Positions 31,879-42,829 are shown, counted from the stretch's first letter. The stretch is DNA of 64,000 bases from Candidatus Bathyarchaeota archaeon (GCA_963775685.1 CAVZJV010000014.1:1216001-1280000), one strand, 5' to 3'. The notes: generated by a model not told the origin, from the letters alone. Numbers and translations: made by a program.

Positions 31879-31956
31879 TGGCGGGTCCGATGGGATTTGA
31901 ACCCATGACTTTCAGCTTAGAAGGCTGACGCGCTATCCGTACTGCGCCACGGACCC
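31879..31956 (-). tRNA. tRNA-Arg(TCT), CCA encoded
   Basis: GGGTCCG acceptor stem, TCAGC-CT-TCT-AA-GCTGA, GTTCAAATC; no intron. Confidence 0.95.
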
Positions 31957-32238
31957 ACAGGGCACTCTAAATGAAACACTTACAAATATAATTTTACCTA
32001 TCGCTTTTCGCCAAAACATATCCGCCAAACATGCACGCTGCAGATCCAACTGCACAAAGCCCAATTCCGTATACCCACACCCTAATCCTCAAACTAACAC
32101 AGAAGACAACAAACCCCCTCGCGCCACTATCAAACAAGAAACAAAAAAATCCCAAAACCAGAAAACAAAAACGTAAACAGTCCAAGGAAGTTGCATGGCA
32201 GAAAAACACAATCACAAATAAATAAGGAACAAGTTTCT

Positions 32239-33354
32239 CTATGTTTTCCAGCAAGGTCCAGCTTTTTTGCCCAATGCAAACACTTGGATATGCCCAACGA
32301 TTATAATTATCATCCAGATTGATGAGTAGAAGAAGTAGTAAACGAATAGTTCATGCAGTTTAACTTCGCGGAAGCCAAGTTTTCTGGAAAATCCGTAGAA
32401 CACAGCCGCGGTTATGGCAAAACCCGACATCGAAATCAGTAAAACCTTAAGCACGTCCGCCGTTGCTAGGGATAAGAGGAAAATTGGTAAGGCGATGTTG
32501 AATTTTACGGACAAGAACAACGAGAAAAACAGCAGCGAATTATACATCCATAAACTTGGGACAACAGCGCTCAAGAAAAACACGACTACGGAGGGGTAGA
32601 GGAAAAAGAGGCTTGGCAAGAAAATTTGAGGCTTTTTAACAAAGCGTCTAGCTAACTGCTTATACCAGTCTTTGAGCCACAAAGCTTGACCAATCGCCCA
32701 TCTTCGTCGCTGCGTGAACCATTTGTACCAATCTGAGTAAACTTGATTCCTTACTTCAACATCAACTGTGTAAGCAAAGCTACTTTCCTCAAGAAAAGCG
32801 CGGGTGGCAAGGTCGATGTCTTCAGCTACGACAGTCCGAAACCCATCGACTTTCTCAAACATCTCCCGCTTTATCGCAAAGGCAGCTCCATTTACGGCCG
32901 GGCATTTGTGCATGTACCTTGACGCTAGCCATGAGCTGATGTTGAAGGTCAAGTACTCGTAATACGTCATTTTTGAAAGGAAAGATTTGTCTTTAGTAAC
33001 TCTTTTTTTAATATCCAATATGTCGGTGTGTTTCATTTCCATGATTATTTTCTGGAGGTAGTCAGGATCATTGGGGATTCCTACATCGGAGTCGAGGAAA
33101 AGTAGTACTTTTCCTGTGGATAATTTTACGGTAGCGTTACACGCATTTGCTTTCCCAACCCTATCCTTGTTAAAGATAAATTTTACGTTCTCATTCTCTC
33201 TTTCAAGCTCTTTTAATGTTTCAAGAAAACCTTCGGTTGGCTGGTCCACAGTTACAAAAATTTCCTTCGAAACATTCTGCGAGCCGAGCTCTTTAAGAGC
33301 GCCTGCTATTTGGGTGGATTCTTTGTAAACGGGGATAAAGATGCTGATGTCCAC
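32239..33354 (-). CDS. Family 2 glycosyltransferase with C-terminal TM segments
   Basis: IPVYKE, GKA, FLDSD, AEDID, QRRRW. Confidence 0.85.
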   Translation of the reverse strand: MDISIFIPVYKESTQIAGALKELGSQNVSKEIFVTVDQPTEGFLETLKELERENENVKFIFNKDRVGKANACNATVKLSTGKVLLFLDSDVGIPNDPDYLQKIIMEMKHTDILDIKKRVTKDKSFLSKMTYYEYLTFNISSWLASRYMHKCPAVNGAAFAIKREMFEKVDGFRTVVAEDIDLATRAFLEESSFAYTVDVEVRNQVYSDWYKWFTQRRRWAIGQALWLKDWYKQLARRFVKKPQIFLPSLFFLYPSVVVFFLSAVVPSLWMYNSLLFFSLFLSVKFNIALPIFLLSLATADVLKVLLISMSGFAITAAVFYGFSRKLGFREVKLHELFVYYFFYSSIWMIIIIVGHIQVFALGKKAGPCWKT

Positions 33355-33497
33355 AGCTGAACCTCAAATAGGTTTGTATAAACTACAGGGGATTATTCGC
33401 ATATGGCTTTTTAAATTATTCTACAGTCAAATGAGTAATCGCTGGTTGACATGGCAAAAAATGGTTTTGCCCTTATCTCAAAGCATCTCAAGGGCAG

Positions 33498-34001
33498 TTA
33501 TTTTAGACTCTTAATTGGACCGATCTTGTACAGAACCTCAGCTTCATGTCCATCATTTTCAAAGTCTTCTTCAGAAAACAAGATATCGCTCTCACATTTT
33601 GCGTTTAAAATCTTTGCCAGCTTAAAGAAGTTCTTTTTGGAAATTTCGTTTGAGGGGTTAACTGTTCCTTCAAAATACTTCACGTTTGTCATTTTTATCT
33701 GTTCAAGAAGCAGGTGTATTTGTAGACCTTTTCCGCGGTATTCACTTTGAACCACAATCTCCCAACTAAAAAAAGTGTAAGGTCTATTAGGCGGCAAGTA
33801 TCCTGAGGAAAAAGCTATTATTTTTTTATCATGCTCGGCAACTAGGCAGGTTTCTGAGAAATCCTTAGCCAAAAGAAAATAAGTATATCGGGAATTTAAA
33901 CCGACGTAGGGTCTGTTTGCCACAAGCAGTTTGTAAACTTCTTTTACGTCGGAAATTGTAATGTTTCGGATGCTAAACTGAAGATTAGTTTTAGCGGGCA
34001 T
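33498..34001 (-). CDS. GNAT acetyltransferase of EctA (diaminobutyrate acetyltransferase) type
   Basis: LNS.Y.Y.LL...F..TC.VAE, W.I.V....RG.G, E.TV.PSN..S..FF, GHE.E.L..IGP. Confidence 0.75.
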   Translation of the reverse strand: MPAKTNLQFSIRNITISDVKEVYKLLVANRPYVGLNSRYTYFLLAKDFSETCLVAEHDKKIIAFSSGYLPPNRPYTFFSWEIVVQSEYRGKGLQIHLLLEQIKMTNVKYFEGTVNPSNEISKKNFFKLAKILNAKCESDILFSEEDFENDGHEAEVLYKIGPIKSLK

Positions 34002-34003
34002 TT

Positions 34004-35344
34004 TTATGACAGGGGAAATTTTGGTTTTTTTCTTCGTTTTATTCTAAGATTTCCTTCTGGCACAAGCGATATAGTTTTGTCGGAGTCAGTTAACAGTTTT
34101 TCAATGCCGACAGCTTTCGTTTCATTCTCTTTCAGAGTTAGCTGCAGAATACATTTTTCACAATTCTTGTCGCAGACGATAGATTTGTAATCGTCGGGTT
34201 CATTGTAAGTGGTGATCACACCTTCATAGTTTCTCAGAACTGTTTTGTTGGAAGACCAAGAGATTATATAGTTTGGCATAACAGGAATTTTTCCTCCCCC
34301 GCCGGGAGCGTCAACTACAAAAGTTGGTACTGCAAACCCGCTTGTGTGCCCCCGTAGGCTTTCAATAATTTCTATGCCTTTTCCAATCGAAGTTCTAAAA
34401 TGCGAGAGTCCTTCAGAGAGGTCACATTGGAACAAGTAGTAGGGGTGAACTCTGTTCTGTACGAGTTTTTGGTTTAGTTTTTTCATTATTTGGGGACAAT
34501 CGTTTACGCCTGCAAGCAACACAGATTGGTTTCCCAATGGAATGCCTGCGTCTGCTAGTTTTTTGAGGGCGTCTATGGCGGATGGCGTAATTTCTCTCGG
34601 ATGGTTAAAATGAGTGTTTAGCCATAACGGGTGATACCTTTTTAGCATTTGAACTAGGTTGTCGGTTATTCTGTAGGGTAACACAACTGGTGTTCTGGTG
34701 CCTATGCGCACGACTTCAACATGTGGAATACGGTGCAGTTCACTTAGAATCCACTCGAGGAAGTCATCAGGCAACATGAGAGCGTCGCCCCCTGAGAGGA
34801 GGACATCGCGGATTTGTATGTGGCTTTTGATGTACTGGAGCCCTTCAATTATCTGTTGCTTAGATGGAATCTGGTCTGGGTCGCCGACCTTTCTTTTTCG
34901 TGTACAGTGCCTACAATACATTGCACAACGGTTACTTATCAAAAATAGTACACGGTCGGGGTATCGATGGGTAATGCCTTTGGTTGGACTATCTTTGTCT
35001 TCATGCAGGGGATCATTCATGTCGCAGTTTGAAATTTTAAGTTCAGCAGGGTTAGGAAATGCCTGCTTGAATAGGGGGTCATTATGAAAATTTTCTTTTT
35101 CAATTAAAGAAGCGTAGTAAGGCGTAATGCTAAGTGGAAATTTGCGGATGGTTTTTTCAAGTTCTAAGTGTTCTTTTTTCGAAAACTTTATGCCTGTAAA
35201 ACTTTCAAAACCTTCAATTGTTTTTATCGAGTTTTCCAGTTGCCAGCTATAATCCTTCCACTCACTGACGGTTACAAACTTTTCCATAGTTTTTGTTAGG
35301 TAAGCTTGGTAACTTGTAAGGGTTTCACTACTTTCAACAATCAT
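34004..35344 (-). CDS. ablA: Lysine 2,3-aminomutase (AblA/KamA)
   Basis: [14 protein letters not shown] radical-SAM motif, [16 protein letters not shown] lysine, C-terminal CxxxCxxC. Confidence 0.88.
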   Translation of the reverse strand: MIVESSETLTSYQAYLTKTMEKFVTVSEWKDYSWQLENSIKTIEGFESFTGIKFSKKEHLELEKTIRKFPLSITPYYASLIEKENFHNDPLFKQAFPNPAELKISNCDMNDPLHEDKDSPTKGITHRYPDRVLFLISNRCAMYCRHCTRKRKVGDPDQIPSKQQIIEGLQYIKSHIQIRDVLLSGGDALMLPDDFLEWILSELHRIPHVEVVRIGTRTPVVLPYRITDNLVQMLKRYHPLWLNTHFNHPREITPSAIDALKKLADAGIPLGNQSVLLAGVNDCPQIMKKLNQKLVQNRVHPYYLFQCDLSEGLSHFRTSIGKGIEIIESLRGHTSGFAVPTFVVDAPGGGGKIPVMPNYIISWSSNKTVLRNYEGVITTYNEPDDYKSIVCDKNCEKCILQLTLKENETKAVGIEKLLTDSDKTISLVPEGNLRIKRRKKPKFPLS

Positions 35345-35673
35345 TCTTAAGATGTCTCTCCTCCGAGCGCTTTTCTTTTTGCTTCCTGAAAGAACTTCAT
35401 GCTTTTTATTTGTTTTTGATGACTTCAGTTGACAAAAAAGCGAAACAGTCTTAACAAGAAAACCTCATGCAAATTGAATAGCAAAAGCATTCAAACGAAA
35501 AATTTAGAGTTAATTAGTAAAAAATGCAAAAATTACCAAAAAACTGGCGACATAATGTTTTTTGAATAAACTCAAATTGACAACCCTTCTTTTTCCGCAC
35601 TTTTTCACGCCCTGACATTTATTGTTGCTCCATAGGAAAATTATTATTTGCCGTATCAGAGTGTATCACTGTC

Positions 35674-36690
35674 ATGACCAAGGTTAAGGCTATAAGTCTG
35701 CTTTCAGGCGGTTTAGACAGCATCCTTGCTACAGAACTCATTAGGCGGCAAGGCATCGAAGTGATAACTTTTAACATTAAAACTCCGTTTGGCATACCCA
35801 AAAAGGACGGCACAAGCGAAGCTGCACAAGCTGCAGACCAGTTGAAAGTGCCTCTAAAAATACTAAGCGTTGATAAAGACTATTTACGGATGCTTCGCAA
35901 TCCAAAGCATGGTTATGGCAAAAACCTAAACCCCTGCGTAGACTGCAAAATCTTCATCTTAAAAAAAGCGAAAAAATATGCCAAAGAAATAGGCGCCGAC
36001 TTCATCTTTACCGGAGAAGTTTTAGGTGAGCGCCCCATGTCTCAACATTACCCCGCCCTCAAGGTTATTGCAGAAGAATCTGGGTTAAAAGGCAAACTTT
36101 TGCGTCCTCTTTCAGCGAACCTGTTACCCCAAACGGAAGCAGAAAAGAAGGGTTTTGTAGACCGAAACAAGCTTTTGAGTATTCAGGGTAGGTCAAGAAA
36201 GCCGCAAGTTCAACTTGCTAAAGAATATGGGATTACGAGGTATCCTTCTCCTGCCGGGGGATGCCTATTGACTTGTGAAGAATACGCAAAGAAACTTCAA
36301 GACCTCTTCGATAACAAAAAGCGCATATCAATGGAGGATGTGGCTTTGCTACGGGTGGGCAGGCATTTTAGGCTCGGCAAAAACAAGATTATTGTTGGAA
36401 GAAACGAAGCCGAAAACCAGTTTTTGACGATCAACAAAATGCGAGGTGACTTCTTTTTTGAACTCGCCGATGTTGTGGGACCAACCGCTCTTTTGCAAGG
36501 ACCGAAAACAAAAATAGCCATTGAGACAGCTGCGAAACTAACTGCTGCCTATTCCGATGCTAAATCGGGAGAAGTCACCGTAAAATTTGGCTTAGAAGCG
36601 CTCCACAAAACCATAGCGGTGCTGTTGCCCCAGAAGGGTGATTCAGAAAAGCTCAGAGTGGGCTATTTTATGAAGCATCCCAAAAAATAA
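35674..36690 (+). CDS. ThiI/MnmA-like tRNA thiolation PP-loop ATPase with C-terminal DUF814-like domain
   Basis: LLSGGLDS, NPCVDC, GEVLGERPMSQ, PAGGCLLT, GRHFR, VGRN..EN. Confidence 0.8.
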   Translation: MTKVKAISLLSGGLDSILATELIRRQGIEVITFNIKTPFGIPKKDGTSEAAQAADQLKVPLKILSVDKDYLRMLRNPKHGYGKNLNPCVDCKIFILKKAKKYAKEIGADFIFTGEVLGERPMSQHYPALKVIAEESGLKGKLLRPLSANLLPQTEAEKKGFVDRNKLLSIQGRSRKPQVQLAKEYGITRYPSPAGGCLLTCEEYAKKLQDLFDNKKRISMEDVALLRVGRHFRLGKNKIIVGRNEAENQFLTINKMRGDFFFELADVVGPTALLQGPKTKIAIETAAKLTAAYSDAKSGEVTVKFGLEALHKTIAVLLPQKGDSEKLRVGYFMKHPKK

Positions 36691-36764
36691 ACATGTAATT
36701 TTGCTTTTCGTTAACGTTGCTCAAAACTTATCCACTAATCCAATAATAATAGTGGTGGGGTTGG

Positions 36765-37616
36765 ATGTTGACCATTCAAACTAACAGAATGTTGGGCGGA
36801 GTCGGGGCTATTTTTTCGTTATTTGGTATTGTCAGTGCGGTCTCTTCGGTTTTATCGTATGGTTATTTGAATTCGGTAACGACAAACTTGCCGCTCATTT
36901 TGATAACTGGAACCGTTGGGCTCTTTCCTTTGTCGGTTTCATACTTTTCTTGGTTGCAATGTATGGGATCTCAAGAGATTACAATGAACACAAAATATTC
37001 AACTATCTCTTGTATGGGTTTGTTGCGACTATTGTGGCTCCTGTGATTGGTACGGTTGTGGTGGCGGTTGTTGTTTTATTTAATTTAGCCAGCATTCTCC
37101 CAAGCCTTAGCCCGGCAACTACTGTGCCGTCTCAAGTTTCGACATCTCTGTCAAGTTACATTGCGCCTTTTCTGGAGATTTTCTCTGTTGTTGGGGTGTT
37201 TTGGGTTGTCTTCAAAGTGAAGACGTTAAATTTATTAAAGGAAAAATTAGGGGGTGCCCATGTTTAGGACTGAGGCACTTGTTCTGTTAGCTGGCGCGGT
37301 TGTTAACGTCGTGGTTGGTATTGTTTTTGCTACGTTGGTTTACTTTGGGACAATTGAGTATAACACTTTCTTGTTGGCGTCAATTCCCGGAGGATTAATG
37401 CAATAAGTTGCTTGGGCACTTTTGGCTATAGCATTCTTTAGAATAAAAGCGCCACCGACTAGGCAAATATTTTCTCCAGCCTATATCCCAACCGCAATAG
37501 GACAGGTGAAATATTGCCCTAATTGCGGAAAACCAATCCAAACAGAAGCTGCCTATTGCACACGATGCGGACAAAGACTCTATGTACAGCAGTCTATACT
37601 TTCTTCATTGCTTTAG
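36765..37616 (+). pseudogene. DUF996-like membrane protein with C-terminal zinc ribbon, disrupted
   Basis: Shifts near 36920 and at the G5 run ~37250, in-frame TAA ~37403; terminal CPNCG...CTRCG. Confidence 0.65.
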
Positions 37617-38304
37617 CCTTAAGCTCCCTGGGCATTAACTCGATGGCATACCGCAAAGCTGTTCTGGGCATACCCTTTCTGTTCTTAATCACAAAATCGA
37701 AGACCGCCTTCTGGTGTTTTCGGCTTTCCTCTTTAAGCAGCCACCCATAACCTTTCTGAACCATATCATCTCCATCTGTTAAAAGTATGTTGCAGATTTC
37801 AAAAGCATCCTGCAAAAACAAGCCTTTCTTTGCGGGAACAATAAGCGCTACAGCTGAAGCCCGTTTAAGCCAGCGGCTCTCGCTTTGAGCCCAACTCTTC
37901 AATTCTTCAATAGTTTGAGGGTATTTTTGGATCAAGTTGCCGATTGTGTGGTTGCAGAATCCGTCGCATTTAGCCCAATTGTTAATGTACTGTTCAATCC
38001 AACGTCTAAAAGTAGCCAAATCACTGGGCGCAAGATTGTCGATGTAGTTTGGCAGCCAAAACGCAACTATGAATGCCTCTTCGGTGAAATCTGAACGATA
38101 GAGCTCCTCGCACAAGTTGAAGATAACTGTCTTATCTAAAGTTTTGACTTGCCTCCAGTGTTTCTTGGCGATTTTGCCGACGGTTTCGGTTTTAACTCCA
38201 TAAAACTTTGCTTGTTCTTTGAAGTAGCGTTGGGCACTCTGTTTTGTTTTCTCCTCAGCACTGCCGATAAGGTCTGCTCTTATTTGCGCTAAGATATCGT
38301 TCAT
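37594..38304 (-). CDS. AlkD-like DNA alkylation repair protein
   Basis: NNW..CD, W.KR, VQKG.GW.L, PRTALRYAIE. Confidence 0.85.
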   Translation of the reverse strand: MNDILAQIRADLIGSAEEKTKQSAQRYFKEQAKFYGVKTETVGKIAKKHWRQVKTLDKTVIFNLCEELYRSDFTEEAFIVAFWLPNYIDNLAPSDLATFRRWIEQYINNWAKCDGFCNHTIGNLIQKYPQTIEELKSWAQSESRWLKRASAVALIVPAKKGLFLQDAFEICNILLTDGDDMVQKGYGWLLKEESRKHQKAVFDFVIKNRKGMPRTALRYAIELMPRELKAKAMKKV

Positions 38305-38370
38305 GGAAGAGAATCAGTTTTGAAGGATAAGAATTTTGCTTAAAAATTAATCTGAAAAATAAGAAGGGGT

Positions 38371-38661
38371 TCAGTAGTCTTCCATTTGGTAGAGGCCGAA
38401 ATCAATGTTTAGGATTTTTTCGGGTCCACAGCTGTCTTCAAGGTCGTAGAGGTGACTTGTGGCTTTTTCTAAACGGCTTTTTTTAACAGTCACTTTAGCT
38501 TTAACCATCCTGGTTTTAATTTTACCTTTTGGCTTGCGGGTGATATTGGGTGCGCCAAGGACCAAGGTATTATTCATTAGTTTTGGAACAACTTCGACTT
38601 TTATTTCATCCACGCCCACAGGGCACTTCAAGGAATCTTCGTGTAAGTGTTTAGTCAACAC
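38371..38661 (-). CDS. Short orphan ORF coupled to the RHH gene
   Basis: GTG/TTG start overlapping the RHH stop; ends LNIDFGLYQMEDY. Confidence 0.5.
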   Translation of the reverse strand: MLTKHLHEDSLKCPVGVDEIKVEVVPKLMNNTLVLGAPNITRKPKGKIKTRMVKAKVTVKKSRLEKATSHLYDLEDSCGPEKILNIDFGLYQMEDY

Positions 38662-38806
38662 CTTTTCGCCTCCAAACTTCTGCACTGATTAGATCTCTGA
38701 TTGCGACTCGTATGGCTTCGGCACGGTTTGGATAAAACCGCTCGTCAACCAGCTGGTCCAATGCTTTTATATACGTTTCAGGTAGATACAGAGTTATTAG
38801 TTTCAT
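38651..38806 (-). CDS. Ribbon-helix-helix regulator, CdrS-like
   Basis: MKLITLYLP...LD.LV....YPNRAEAIR.AIRDL matches the conserved archaeal CdrS pattern. Confidence 0.8.
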   Translation of the reverse strand: MKLITLYLPETYIKALDQLVDERFYPNRAEAIRVAIRDLISAEVWRRKGVD

Positions 38807-39013
38807 GAGGATTCCATCCGCTAGCTTGGGTGAATAAATAAAGCATGTATTCTTGGTTATACTTCTATATATCATGAGGCAAATATGTTTATAACATGTT
38901 CGTTCCACTGCTTATAAATGGTTGAATATGGTTGATACAGGATTCTGTCAATTCAAGCAAGGGCAGGATTATGTTTTTATTCCTTGTTGAAGCAACTAAC
39001 ATTCGAGTGAACC

Positions 39014-40309
39014 ATGGTCTGGCAGGTTTTCATAAAAAACTACGGCTGCGCCTCCAATACAGCTGATGGCGAAGTCTTAGCAGGTTGCCTCGCACAAGCC
39101 GGGTTCCAACTCACAACTGTAGAAACAGAAGCCGACCTGCTAATCTATAACACCTGCGCAGTCAAAGGACCAACAGAGAACCGAATAATCGACGACATAA
39201 AACATGCGCCAACCAACAAAAAAATCGTGGTCGCAGGCTGCTTACCCAAGATCAGTTTTGAGAGATTACAGCACGAGGTGTACTTTGACGGCGCAGTTGG
39301 TCCAGCGGTTGGTGGAGATATCGTTAATGTGGTCAAACGCGTTTTGGTTGGCGAGAGAGTGTTGGATTTGGAGGCAGTTAAAGAAAAACCGCTTCTGAGT
39401 CTTCCAAGACAAACATCCAACCCAGTCATAAGTATCGTTCCGATAAACTACGGCTGTTTGGGCAGTTGCGCTTACTGCTGCGTCGTTTTGGCTCGTGGGC
39501 ATCTAAGAAGCTACAGCATCAAAGAAATAATTGAACGCGTACAAAGCGACTATGCTTCCGGAACCAGAGAGTTTTGGGTCACTTCACAGGACACAGCGAG
39601 CTATGGCAGAGATTTAAGCACGGACATTGCAGAACTGTTAATAGAACTTGCCAAATTATCAGGAGATTTTCTGGTAAGGGTTGGCATGATGACACCTAAC
39701 CTAGTCACCGATATAAAAACCAGATTAATAACCTCTTTTGACAACCCGAAGATCTTTAAGTTTTTGCATCTTCCAATCCAAAGTGGCGATGACTTAGTTC
39801 TCCAACATATGCGCAGATTCTACACGGTAGCAGAATTCAAAGGAATCGTAGAAACTTTTAGAAACAAATTTCCTGATTTAACGGTAGCAACCGATGTTAT
39901 CGTTGGTTTTCCAGGCGAAACACAGGAAGCTTTTGAGAATACGCTCAAACTTTTGGAGGAAATCAAACCTGACATAGTTAACGTTTCCAAGTTTTTTGCC
40001 AGACCAAAAACTGTTGCAGCCACTATGAAGGAAAGTGTAGTTGCCAAGGAAGAAATCAAACGCAGAAGCACCGTTACGTCAGAGCTGACAAAGCAGCTTT
40101 CAGCTAAGAGGAACCTGCGATGGGTCGAGTGGACTGGAAAAGTGCTTATTGATGAGAAGGGCAAAATAGAGGGTTCGTGGGTTGGACGCAACTTCGCCTA
40201 CAAACCAATCGTCATTAAAAGCGCTGACAATTTGTTGGGTAGAACCTTGCAGGTTAAAGTAGTTGAGGCTTTGGGAACCTACCTAAAAGGCGCAATAGTT
40301 GAAAAATAA
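39014..40309 (+). CDS. MiaB-like tRNA methylthiotransferase (archaeal MtaB type)
   Basis: YGCASN, NTCAVK, AGC, CxxxCxxC, DVIVGFPGET, TRAM domain. Confidence 0.88.
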   Translation: MVWQVFIKNYGCASNTADGEVLAGCLAQAGFQLTTVETEADLLIYNTCAVKGPTENRIIDDIKHAPTNKKIVVAGCLPKISFERLQHEVYFDGAVGPAVGGDIVNVVKRVLVGERVLDLEAVKEKPLLSLPRQTSNPVISIVPINYGCLGSCAYCCVVLARGHLRSYSIKEIIERVQSDYASGTREFWVTSQDTASYGRDLSTDIAELLIELAKLSGDFLVRVGMMTPNLVTDIKTRLITSFDNPKIFKFLHLPIQSGDDLVLQHMRRFYTVAEFKGIVETFRNKFPDLTVATDVIVGFPGETQEAFENTLKLLEEIKPDIVNVSKFFARPKTVAATMKESVVAKEEIKRRSTVTSELTKQLSAKRNLRWVEWTGKVLIDEKGKIEGSWVGRNFAYKPIVIKSADNLLGRTLQVKVVEALGTYLKGAIVEK

Positions 40310-40479
40310 TGTCAATCTTTCTGTATCTCACTTATTTAACGTCGGATTTGCGCATTTGGAAGAGGTCATGACCTCCCAGCAAACGAAATACCAATTCTTA
40401 TATGAGGAAAAATTAACTACGTCCTTCCTTCGTGTGAATACTTAATAATTTCGGCTCTGTATCTTGTTCGGCTGAGAAA

Positions 40480-41904
40480 GTGATCAATACACAATCGAGC
40501 ATCTGCTTTTTTAACACCTTATCACGCAGAAAAGAAATATTCAAACCGTTGGAACAGGGCAAAGCGAAAGTGTATACTTGTGGTCCCACGGTTTATGATT
40601 TTGCGCATATTGGGAATTTTCGGGCGTTTTTGTTTGAGGACTTGTTTAAACGTTGGTTGGTTCACCGGGGCTTTAAAGTCATACATGTCATGAATCTCAC
40701 AGACATCGATGATAAAACTATCAAGGGCAGCCAAAAACAAGGCATCTCACTAAGCCAATTCACCGATCTCTATGTGAAAGCTTTCTTTGAAGACATTAAA
40801 GCTCTAAATATAGAGCCCGCAGACGTTTACCCCAAAGCTACTGATCACATACCTGAAATGGTCACCCTGATTAAGACCTTGCTTGCTAAGGGCGTCGCTT
40901 ACAAGGGTGAAGACGGCTCGATTTACTTCTCTGTAAGCAAATTCCCAGATTATGGCAAACTATCCCACATCAAAGTCGATGAACTCAAGGTAGGCGCACG
41001 GGTTAGCCAAGACGAATACGCAAAAGAAGAAGCGCAGGATTTTGCATTATGGAAAGCATGGTGCCCTGAAGACGGCAACGTCTTCTGGGAGACAGAATTG
41101 GGTAAAGGACGACCAGGCTGGCATATCGAATGCAGCGCAATGAGCATGAAATACCTCGGTGAAACCTTTGACATCCACTGCGGCGGAGTCGACAACATGT
41201 TTCCCCACCACGAAAACGAAATCGCCCAAAGCGAAGCGGCAACTGGCAAAAAATTTGTGAATTACTGGATGCATAACGAGCACTTGCAGGTGGAGGGCAA
41301 GAAAATGTCCAAAAGACTCGGCAATTTCTATTCACTGCGAGACCTCCTAGCCAAAGGTTACGAACCTATTGTCATTCGATATTTGTTAATGTCTACCCAT
41401 TACCGCCAACAATTTAACTTCACTTTTGAAGGTTTAGAAGCCGCCAAAGGCGCCGTGGATAGGCTAAGGAATTTTGTCAGACGCTTACACGACACGGACG
41501 GCAATGACAGTGAGGGAACAGTAGCTACCCTCACTGCGAAAGCTGAAGCTTGTTTTGGTGGTTCGATGGATGACGACTTAAACATCGCGATTGCACTCGC
41601 ATCCCTTTTTGACTTTGTACGCGAAATCAACAACTTACTCGACGCTAAAATGGTGAGCAAAGCGGAAGCCTCAGATATCAACGGTTTAATGATGAAGTTT
41701 GACGAGGTTTTAGGCGTTGTTGGCAAAGCAGAGGTTGAAGAAGCACTTTCTCTTGACATTGATTTACTATTGCAGAAACGTGAAGCAGCACGCAAAGCCA
41801 AGAAATGGAAAGAAGCCGACTCAATTAGGGCACAGCTTAAAGCTATGGGCATTGTGCTTGAGGATACAGCGCAGGGTATTCGATGGCACAAAGAGAAAGT
41901 CTAA
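40480..41904 (+). CDS. cysS: Cysteine-tRNA ligase
   Basis: CGPTVY, HIGN, PGWHIEC, HHENE, KMSK. Confidence 0.96.
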   Translation: MINTQSSICFFNTLSRRKEIFKPLEQGKAKVYTCGPTVYDFAHIGNFRAFLFEDLFKRWLVHRGFKVIHVMNLTDIDDKTIKGSQKQGISLSQFTDLYVKAFFEDIKALNIEPADVYPKATDHIPEMVTLIKTLLAKGVAYKGEDGSIYFSVSKFPDYGKLSHIKVDELKVGARVSQDEYAKEEAQDFALWKAWCPEDGNVFWETELGKGRPGWHIECSAMSMKYLGETFDIHCGGVDNMFPHHENEIAQSEAATGKKFVNYWMHNEHLQVEGKKMSKRLGNFYSLRDLLAKGYEPIVIRYLLMSTHYRQQFNFTFEGLEAAKGAVDRLRNFVRRLHDTDGNDSEGTVATLTAKAEACFGGSMDDDLNIAIALASLFDFVREINNLLDAKMVSKAEASDINGLMMKFDEVLGVVGKAEVEEALSLDIDLLLQKREAARKAKKWKEADSIRAQLKAMGIVLEDTAQGIRWHKEKV

Positions 41905-42695
41905 GCGATTTTTCCACTGAAAGTCCAGTCTTTTGTTGAGTATTTTTCTTTGTAGAGGATGTTTGCAGTTTCTTTTTCTGCATGTGTTAATTCGCTTGGT
42001 TCGAGCTGAATTTTGAGGATTGCCTTGAAACCCTGGGCAAGAGCATTAGCTATAGTGCTGGGAGAGATTTGGTGCCCTAATTCGTTTTGGATGCTTGTGA
42101 TTTTGTGTTTAGCGATATCAGTTGCTTGAGTGCAGGATGCATTATTGAGCTTGAGGACCGAAAACATTTTGGGTAAATCTACAATTCGCAGTACTGTGCC
42201 ATGTTGAAGCACGACACATCGGGTAATTGTTTGGCTACTTCCCGAGATTTTTTTGCCATTAACCGTCAGGTTCGGGCAGTTTTTGGCGTTTCCACTGCTA
42301 AAATCAGCTGGAACACCCAAAAGCCTTAGTGCATCGGTTATTGCCCCGTAAATCTGCAGGTAAACGCTGGTTATGTCACCTATACCAAAATCTGCGACTT
42401 TGGCGATTACGCTGTAGGTTACTTCTCCCTCAAAATCGTGATAAACGGTGCCGCCTCCACTAATCCGCCTGACAATGTCAATGCCCTGCTTCTTGCAAGA
42501 GTCAAGGTAAACCTCGTTCTCAGAGTTCTGGTTCTTGCCTATGCTGACGGCAGACGGTTGCCAACGATAGAACCGCAACGTATTTGGCACCTGACCAGCT
42601 ATTCTTGCTTTTAAAATTGTTTCGTCGATCGCCATGTTCATGAAGGCATCGTTGGTTTCTAAGGGCAATAACCGCCAAGTATTCATGTCACTCAA
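41901..42695 (-). CDS. lplA: Lipoate-protein ligase A family
   Basis: NMAIDE, RRISGGGTVYHD, GKKISGSSQ, QHGT. Confidence 0.88.
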   Translation of the reverse strand: MSDMNTWRLLPLETNDAFMNMAIDETILKARIAGQVPNTLRFYRWQPSAVSIGKNQNSENEVYLDSCKKQGIDIVRRISGGGTVYHDFEGEVTYSVIAKVADFGIGDITSVYLQIYGAITDALRLLGVPADFSSGNAKNCPNLTVNGKKISGSSQTITRCVVLQHGTVLRIVDLPKMFSVLKLNNASCTQATDIAKHKITSIQNELGHQISPSTIANALAQGFKAILKIQLEPSELTHAEKETANILYKEKYSTKDWTFSGKIA

Positions 42696-42829
42696 TCCTT
42701 TTCTTATGGAAAATTGTAGTAGGGCTTAAAACTGTTATGCAATAGAATGCCTTTTGAAGTAAAAGTTGCGACTATTCATGAGGAATAGATAAATGCTTAA
42801 AAACCAAGCATTGCATCTCTAAAGAAGAG

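Noticed and set aside
29750-31956. Genomic island at tRNA-Arg(TCT) carrying the AT-rich glycosyltransferase
   Set aside because: No duplicated tRNA 3' end or integrase was seen near either tRNA.
31994-32254. 86-aa hydrophobic ORF downstream of the GT2 gene
   Set aside because: Low-complexity T/G-rich sequence with no recognisable family; may be real but cannot be supported.
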